From the NCBI GenBank assembly GCA_965230945.1, contig OZ246397.1, positions 239,701 through 303,700 of the forward strand: a stretch of 64,000 nt of DNA, written 5' to 3'. Shown here in pieces: positions 57,744 through 64,000 of this stretch (position 1 is the first letter of the stretch; each line of letters begins with the position of its first letter). The DNA is from an uncultured Gammaproteobacteria bacterium. GTDB taxonomy: Bacteria; Patescibacteriota; Microgenomatia; PFEM01; JAPLYW01. Under the pieces are notes generated by a model, which was not told the DNA's origin, did not search any database, and saw nothing but the letters and a program-made list of their open reading frames with translations. A program made the position numbers and the translations under genes.

Positions 57744-59493
57744 AGATTCTCCTCTGGCCTGCCCCAATTGATTTCTCTCTTACTATTTTAACACCACCAA
57801 TCTTTTTAAGGGAAGTAACGTGCGGTCCTCCGCAAACTTCCTTAGAGAAATCACCAATAAAATAAACCTTAACTTTACCCCCATAACGCTTATCAAAAAA
57901 TGCCAAAGCCCCTTTTTTCCTAGCTTCATCTAAACTCATGGCTCTCATCTTTACTGGTAAATCAGCTTTGATTTTCTTATTAACTAAGTCTTCTATCTTC
58001 TTAATTTCTTTCTCTGTTAATTTTTCTGAATGAGCAAAATCAAAACGTAATCTCTTTGAGGTAATGTTACTACCTACTTGACGGATATGAGAACCCAGCA
58101 CCTCCCGTAAAGCTTGATGCAAAAGGTGAGTAGCCGTATGATATTTAACTGCCTTTTCACTTGTTTCAGCTAACCCTCCTTTAAATATTCTTTTGGCAGT
58201 AGTACATGATAGTTTTTGATGCTTTCTGTAAATCTTTTCAAATTCATTCCTGTCAATTGTTTTTCTTCTTTTCTTAAACAATTCTTCAGAGACTTCAAGA
58301 GGAAAACCATATGTTTGAAAAAGATTAAAGGCTAATAAAGCATTCAGCTGATTATCGTCCGCCTTTTCAAACTCCTTTAAACCCTTATCTAAAGAACGAG
58401 CAAACTTATTCATCTCTTGACTAATTATTTTACTAATTAAATTTCTAACTTTTATTTCTTCTTTAAAGTATTTATTATCATAATCTTCATAAACCTTAAC
58501 TACCCCATTACAAATATCTCCTAAATCTCGGACAGACGTTAAACCCATACCCAACTGATGCATTTTAACAGCCGCACGTCTAATTAAACGGCGTAAAACA
58601 TATCCACGTTCGACATTGGAGGGTTCTATACCATCGGCAATAATAAAAGTGGCAGCACGTAAGTGATCAGCAATGACGCGCATAGCTCTCTTGTTTTGAT
58701 GATCATATTTCTTCCCAGAAATCTGCTCAATCTGATTAATTAAACTACTAAACAATTCTGTTTGATAAACATCCTTTTTGCCCTGTAAGATAGCTGTTGT
58801 TCTTTCCACTCCCATACCAGTATCGATATTGCGTTGCTTCAATTTTTCTAATTTGCCATTGGGCAAGCGATTAAATTCCATAAAAACATCATTCCAGATT
58901 TCCACATATTTCCCGCAATTATCTCCTGGCTGACAACTTGCTCCGCAAGGTTTTTTACCGGTATCATAAAACATCTCTGTATCTGGACCACAAGGTCCCG
59001 TTTCCCCCACCGACCACCAATTATCTTTTTTACCTAAAAAATAAATTTTCGATGAAGACACCCCTAAACTCTGCCAAATTTTGGCTGTCTGTTCATCTCG
59101 AGGGGCATCTTTACCACCAGTAAAACAACTAACAAAAATCTTTTTAGGGTCTAAATTAAGTCCTTTGGTTAAAAACTCCCAAGAATATTCAAGCACCTCT
59201 TTTTTCCAATAATCACCTAAGCTCCAATTCCCCAGCATCTCAAAAAAAGTTAGATGACAACTATCACCGATACTTTCAATATCTTGAGTTCGCAAACAGC
59301 GCTGATTAGAAACTAATCTTTTGCCCTGCGGATGAGGTTCTCCTAAAAGATAAGGCACTAAAGGATGCATGCCGGAATTAACAAATAAAGCACTGGGGTC
59401 ATTCTCAGGAATTAAAGAAACATTAGGAAGAAGTCGATGATCTTTTTTAATAAAAAAATCCAAATATCTCCTTTTTAATTCAGAAGCTTTCAT
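57721..59493 (-). CDS. alaS: Alanine--tRNA ligase (short form, no C-Ala domain)
   Basis: TFFEMLGN, IDTGMG.ER, editing motifs HTATH and CGGPH; start at ATG 59493. Confidence 0.95.
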   Translation of the reverse strand: MKASELKRRYLDFFIKKDHRLLPNVSLIPENDPSALFVNSGMHPLVPYLLGEPHPQGKRLVSNQRCLRTQDIESIGDSCHLTFFEMLGNWSLGDYWKKEVLEYSWEFLTKGLNLDPKKIFVSCFTGGKDAPRDEQTAKIWQSLGVSSSKIYFLGKKDNWWSVGETGPCGPDTEMFYDTGKKPCGASCQPGDNCGKYVEIWNDVFMEFNRLPNGKLEKLKQRNIDTGMGVERTTAILQGKKDVYQTELFSSLINQIEQISGKKYDHQNKRAMRVIADHLRAATFIIADGIEPSNVERGYVLRRLIRRAAVKMHQLGMGLTSVRDLGDICNGVVKVYEDYDNKYFKEEIKVRNLISKIISQEMNKFARSLDKGLKEFEKADDNQLNALLAFNLFQTYGFPLEVSEELFKKRRKTIDRNEFEKIYRKHQKLSCTTAKRIFKGGLAETSEKAVKYHTATHLLHQALREVLGSHIRQVGSNITSKRLRFDFAHSEKLTEKEIKKIEDLVNKKIKADLPVKMRAMSLDEARKKGALAFFDKRYGGKVKVYFIGDFSKEVCGGPHVTSLKKIGGVKIVREKSIGAGQRRIYAQLIEK

Positions 59494-59531
59494 AAAATTA
59501 TGATACTCAAAATTGAGCTTCAAAACAAGGA

Positions 59532-59906
59532 TTAGGCTAAAGATTTACCATTTTTGGTGAAGAATTTTTTAGCGGCTTTACGACCTCTTTCTTGAAGTTC
59601 TTCTATTTTAGACAATTTTTCTTCTGAAATATTATCTACAAGTTCCCCTTTAGCTTGATCAAATCTCTGTTTAATTTCAGTTTCCACATCTCCTACCCTT
59701 TTTTTAAATTCTTTGCCTTTTCTTTCAATATCCTCAACAATGGTTGTCAAATTTTCAATAATGTCTTCGCTTTTTTCTTTAATCTGTTTGGCAGTTTTTT
59801 CACCCTCTTTGGTCTTGGTAAAAAACCAAACCAAACCAGCGCCAATTATCATACCAAAAATTAAAGATGAGAAAGAACCACCTTTATGCTCATGATTGTT
59901 CATCAT
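59532..59906 (-). CDS. YtxH-like protein
   Basis: LIFGMIIGAG TM segment, then G...K.IK coiled coil. Confidence 0.7.
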   Translation of the reverse strand: MMNNHEHKGGSFSSLIFGMIIGAGLVWFFTKTKEGEKTAKQIKEKSEDIIENLTTIVEDIERKGKEFKKRVGDVETEIKQRFDQAKGELVDNISEEKLSKIEELQERGRKAAKKFFTKNGKSLA

Positions 59907-60171
59907 TCTCCTCTTTTCCTTTCCTTTTCTTAAAAACCCAGTTCAAAAGGCCGGTAATCCCAGAAAGACCACTAATCGAACTCGAAAGGGAAGAAATCGG
60001 CTTAGCTATTGATTCAGAAATATCCCCAGCATCATCTAAAATCTTATTAACCTTTTCAATCGAGCGACGCCCCTCTCTTAGAATGTAAAAAACCTGGATG
60101 CCAATAAAAGCTAGAATAACGGCTAAAACGGAAACAACAACGATGAGTAGAATCTGAGTTGGTGCTAACAT
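59890..60171 (-). CDS. YtxG/DUF948-like small membrane protein
   Basis: N-terminal TM plus coiled coil; precedes the YtxH-like gene. Confidence 0.6.
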   Translation of the reverse strand: MLAPTQILLIVVVSVLAVILAFIGIQVFYILREGRRSIEKVNKILDDAGDISESIAKPISSLSSSISGLSGITGLLNWVFKKRKGKEENDEQS

Positions 60172-60280
60172 GAGCAGATTAAAATTTTAATTAAGCGCTA
60201 TTTCCTTCGTTAAACATAAAAATCAATTCCTTTTCTTTAAATTTAACTTCTCTGAAGTTTTAGGTCAACTAGAACTTTCT

Positions 60281-60934
60281 CTATCTTTCTAAGTCCTCTG
60301 TTTTATAGATAACGGTTCTTTCAATGCTGTTTTTTCTTCCTGATTTACTGGTAGCCGTAACGATAATACTATTTTCCCCTGGAAAAAGGTCAAAGCCATA
60401 ATGAAACTCACCGCTAGACGAAAGCGTCACCGTCACTCTATTAATAACCACCAACGAATCAGGATCTGCTTTCCCGGTAATTTTAATAATTCTCTCTTTT
60501 ACCTGCAAATTATTCTCAGGAGTAATAACCTTTAAATAAGGGGGGCGGACTAAAGAAAGATACTGATAAATTAAATAAGTCATTAAGCCAAAAAAGAAAA
60601 TCCCAATTAAAACAATCAAGGTCAACTTCGGGCTCCAATTAACTTTCCTTTTATTAAGCGGTTCCACCATTCCCGATAAAACAACCTTCTTTTTTTCTTT
60701 TTTATCAAAATCACGTCTAAAAATGGCCAAAATTTTCTCTGGCGAAAGATCTAGAAATTGTGCATAAGCTCTTAAAAAACCTTTAATTGAGGCTATTGAG
60801 GGAATTTTTTGAAAATCATTTTCTTCTAAAGCGACAAGGATGTTCTGGCGAATTTTAGTTTGACCAGCTACTTGCTCTAAGCTAATATTTTTCTCCAACC
60901 TGGTTTTTTTAATAATCTCTCCTGCAGTCTTCAT
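60281..60934 (-). CDS. RodZ-like HTH membrane protein with C-terminal Ig-like domain
   Basis: GE.IK..R.EKNISL...KIR...L.ALE..GFLRAYA.FL; TM; L.PG.N.I.V.A. Confidence 0.8.
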   Translation of the reverse strand: MKTAGEIIKKTRLEKNISLEQVAGQTKIRQNILVALEENDFQKIPSIASIKGFLRAYAQFLDLSPEKILAIFRRDFDKKEKKKVVLSGMVEPLNKRKVNWSPKLTLIVLIGIFFFGLMTYLIYQYLSLVRPPYLKVITPENNLQVKERIIKITGKADPDSLVVINRVTVTLSSSGEFHYGFDLFPGENSIIVTATSKSGRKNSIERTVIYKTEDLER

Positions 60935-63012
60935 TGCTGAGTAACTTTAGAGGCAAGATAATCTTGAGCATCTTTATTAAAAACCTCACGAGCCTTGGAA
61001 CCTTCCGCAGGACCAATAATGCCAGCTTTTTCCAATTGATCTAAAATCCGAGCCGCACGAGCATAACCAACCTTCAAACGCCGCTGAAGTAAAGAAGCGG
61101 AGGCTCGATCGTAATTACAAATAGTTCTGACGGCATCATCGAAAAGATCATCTTTCTCTTCAACCTCCTCTATCTTTTCGAGTTGAGCTCTGGTCGGCGT
61201 TTTAGTCACTTCCTCAGTATATCCAGGAGAAACACCTATCTTTTTAAGAAAATCAATCAGTTTTTTAATTTCAGATTCTGAAACAAAAGTCCCTTGAATT
61301 CTTGAGGGCTTAGCCTGATCAGGAGGAATAAAGAGCATGTCCCCTCGGCCTAAAAGCTTCTCCGCTCCTGGAGTATCAATAATTACTCGAGAATCAACTT
61401 GAGAAGAAACATTAAAAGCAATTCTAGAAGAAATATTAGCTTTAATCAAACCCGTTAAAATATCCACCGATGGCCTTTGAGTAGAAACAATTAAATGAAT
61501 GCCTGTCGCTCGAGCCATTTGGGCAATCCGGCAAATAGCATCCTCAACGCTAGTAGGGGAAAAAAGGATAATATCAGCCAATTCATCAATGACGATGACA
61601 ATATAAGGCAAGGCCGCAAAACCAGCCAGCTCATTGTAGCCACCAATGTTTCTAACACCTACTTCAGCAAAAAGTTTATAGCGTCGATCCATTTCTTTAA
61701 TGGACCAATTAAGAGCAGATAATACTTCCTTTGGATCAACAATGGTTGGCGTTAAAAGATGAGGAATGCCATTGTATTGAGTAAGCTCAACTCGTTTAGG
61801 GTCAACTAAAATAAATTTCACTTCACTTGGGGAGGCTCTAAAAAGCATGGTGGTAAGAAAAGAATGTATGCAAACTGACTTCCCACTTCCAGTAGAACCA
61901 GCAATTAAAATATGAGGCATCTTATCGATATCAGCAATGACTGGTTCTCCAGAAACATTAAGACCTAAAGCTACATTCAACTTTGACTTGCTCTTTCTAA
62001 ACTGATCCGAGGCCAGCATGCGTTTAAGATTGACAAATTCTAAGCTACGATTAGGTACTTCAACCCCAACTAAAGAGCGCCCTGGAATAGGAGCTTCAAT
62101 TCTGATCTGCCCAGTTGGGGCGGCTAAAGCTAAGGCCAAATCATTAGCTAAAGCTGTAACTTTAGAAAGTTTTGTTCCTAAAGCAATCTCTAAAGCATAT
62201 TGAGTAACGGCTGGACCTAAATTAACCTCAACTACTCTCGCTGAAACTCCAAAAGATTCCAAAGTTTTTTCAATAATTCCGGCATTCTTTTTAATGTCGC
62301 CACGATCAGCCTTAGTCGTCACTGCCTCTGTTAATAAAGATAAGGGTGGATATTCCCAAGCCTGCCCCTCTGAAGGCAAACTACTAATCACCTTATCGCT
62401 TAGTTGTGATTGTTTTAAATCACTTCCTTGTTCCCCTTGTTGAACTGCATGAGAAGTTACTTGATCAACCTTTCTTTTTTCTTCTTTAACTTCAAAAGGA
62501 AGTTTACGAGATGAAAACTTAGCTTCCTTGCCAATTTTTTTAAGGGAAATAAAAATATTGCTTAAAAACAAAACCATTTCTTCTAAAGAAGTATTAAAAG
62601 TTACCACAAAACCCACCAAAACAAAGCCTAAAAGAATAATAAAAGCTCCCAAATTACTGATTAAAAAAGATAAATTCTGCCAAATTTCAAAACCAATCAC
62701 TCCAGAACGACTCAAAGCAATTAGAGCCACCATTAAAACTAGAGTTCCCACAAAAACATTAGGACGACTAAGACGCCATTGCAACCTAGAAAGCATCAAA
62801 CCTGAAACAATGAGCAAAAAGGGAATAAAAATAACACCCCAACCGAAATAATGAACTAAAAATAGATAAAGATTAGTTAGAAAAGGGCCTTGTCTAGAAA
62901 AAGAAAGAAAGATGATGCCAGCAATAACAAAAAGCCCTACTGTTGAGAAAGTATACAAGGTGGTTTTTTTTAATTTCAGCTTAAATGGCTTTTTCCTTCT
63001 TCCGCGAGGCAT
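60931..63012 (-). CDS. ftsK: DNA translocase FtsK/SpoIIIE
   Basis: N-terminal TMs; GSTGSGKS, IDELAD, gamma domain SASLLQRRL. Confidence 0.96.
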   Translation of the reverse strand: MPRGRRKKPFKLKLKKTTLYTFSTVGLFVIAGIIFLSFSRQGPFLTNLYLFLVHYFGWGVIFIPFLLIVSGLMLSRLQWRLSRPNVFVGTLVLMVALIALSRSGVIGFEIWQNLSFLISNLGAFIILLGFVLVGFVVTFNTSLEEMVLFLSNIFISLKKIGKEAKFSSRKLPFEVKEEKRKVDQVTSHAVQQGEQGSDLKQSQLSDKVISSLPSEGQAWEYPPLSLLTEAVTTKADRGDIKKNAGIIEKTLESFGVSARVVEVNLGPAVTQYALEIALGTKLSKVTALANDLALALAAPTGQIRIEAPIPGRSLVGVEVPNRSLEFVNLKRMLASDQFRKSKSKLNVALGLNVSGEPVIADIDKMPHILIAGSTGSGKSVCIHSFLTTMLFRASPSEVKFILVDPKRVELTQYNGIPHLLTPTIVDPKEVLSALNWSIKEMDRRYKLFAEVGVRNIGGYNELAGFAALPYIVIVIDELADIILFSPTSVEDAICRIAQMARATGIHLIVSTQRPSVDILTGLIKANISSRIAFNVSSQVDSRVIIDTPGAEKLLGRGDMLFIPPDQAKPSRIQGTFVSESEIKKLIDFLKKIGVSPGYTEEVTKTPTRAQLEKIEEVEEKDDLFDDAVRTICNYDRASASLLQRRLKVGYARAARILDQLEKAGIIGPAEGSKAREVFNKDAQDYLASKVTQQ

Positions 63013-63036
63013 ATTAAATCCTTTGTTTCAATTTTA

Positions 63037-63999
63037 TCATGAGACGAATTTTGGGTGAAGGGTAATCTCGCCACCCAATTTTACCTGTCCGTCAATTAAC
63101 ATTTCTATTGTCTGATTTTCCCTAGGAAGTAAAATCTTTTCTTGCCGAAAACCCATTTTCTGAGCTAAGATGGCATACTGCTTCATATGCCTAAAAGCAC
63201 CACCAATAGGTAATAAAAATTTCGGCTTAATCAAACTGATAAGCAAAGCCAAATCATTCTGTGAACCATGACCACTAACATGCAAATCATCAAAAATATC
63301 TGAGTAAGAAACAGCTACCCCTAAGTAAGAAAGCTTATCAATTAAACGATGGATAGCCAGTTCATTACCGGGAATATAGTCAGCAGAAAAGACCACCTTA
63401 TCTCCTGGCTTAATTTTAACCTGGCTTTTACCAGAAGCAACCTTATCTAAGGCAGAACCAGCTTGAGCTTGACTACCGGAAATCAAAAAGGCAATTTGAT
63501 CTGGCCTTAAATAATTCGCCTTCTTAAGGGGGACAATGAGATCTTTAGGGATTTTAAGATAACCCAACTCTCTGGCAATATTAATCACCTTTTCTACTGA
63601 CCGACCCAGCAAAACTGCTTTGCGACGATGATTAGCAATAACATTAATGGCTTGTTGCCAACGAGAAATATTAGAGGAAATTGTGGTCACAAAAAATCTT
63701 CCTCGACAATCTCTAATTTCTCTCTCAAAAGATTCCTCAATCATACTCTCCGAAAGAGTGTACCCCTTCTTCTCGCTCCTTAAACAATCTGACAAAAGCA
63801 AATCAACCCCCTGATGACCACAAAGAGCAATCTTGCCAATTTCTGACTGCTTATTCATGACCGGTGTCCAGTCAAATTTAAAATCACTACCATGATAAAT
63901 AAGACCACAAGGGGTTTTAATAATAAAGTGAAAAGTATCAGGAATGGAGTGACTAATAAAAACAAACTCTACCAAAAAAATTCCTAAATTCAATCTGCT
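63037..63999 (-). CDS. rnj: Ribonuclease J, 3' part; 5' end lies beyond the window
   Basis: HSIPD, DFKFD, IPGNE, HVSGH. Confidence 0.92.
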   Translation of the reverse strand, partial: SRLNLGIFLVEFVFISHSIPDTFHFIIKTPCGLIYHGSDFKFDWTPVMNKQSEIGKIALCGHQGVDLLLSDCLRSEKKGYTLSESMIEESFEREIRDCRGRFFVTTISSNISRWQQAINVIANHRRKAVLLGRSVEKVINIARELGYLKIPKDLIVPLKKANYLRPDQIAFLISGSQAQAGSALDKVASGKSQVKIKPGDKVVFSADYIPGNELAIHRLIDKLSYLGVAVSYSDIFDDLHVSGHGSQNDLALLISLIKPKFLLPIGGAFRHMKQYAILAQKMGFRQEKILLPRENQTIEMLIDGQVKLGGEITLHPKFVS

Positions 64000-64000
64000 G

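Noticed and set aside
879-62851. Numerous 60-150 aa antisense or alternate-frame ORFs in the track (e.g. 2391-2741, 21461-21910, 41224-41622, 43398-43796)
   Set aside because: They are shadows of well-supported genes, with Ser/Phe/Leu-rich composition and no recognisable motifs or start signals.

Overview
AT-rich bacterial chromosome segment, mostly transcribed on the minus strand, that looks like a Patescibacteria/CPR genome, probably Microgenomates. This is inferred from the missing rpmD (L30) between rpsE and rplO, no rplK/A/J/L upstream of rpoB, a short AlaRS, a sortase and a membrane-anchored baseplate-J-like protein. The core content is rpoBC, the str/S10/spc/alpha ribosomal cluster, recA-recX-rny-hup, secDF, miaA/miaB, alaS-ruvX-mltG, ftsK, rnj, a tRNA-Pro(GGG) and a compact RNase P RNA. 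Accessory blocks lie at about 2.1-6.0 kb (unrelated small genes separated by related intergenic motifs and stub ORFs), 15.6-20.1 kb (rubrerythrin, desulforedoxin-like protein, PurF lacking its catalytic Cys, NadE), 23.7-25.5 kb (nuclease plus glycosylase behind the tRNA) and 44.3-45.0 kb (M23 peptidase splitting the str operon). The most notable signals are candidate structured leaders on rny, rplC and fusA, pervasive leaderless promoter architecture, a minimal RNase P RNA, an internally deleted L3, and divergent rifampicin-pocket and trigger-loop residues in RNA polymerase. All calls come from reading the sequence; no searches or folding programs were run.
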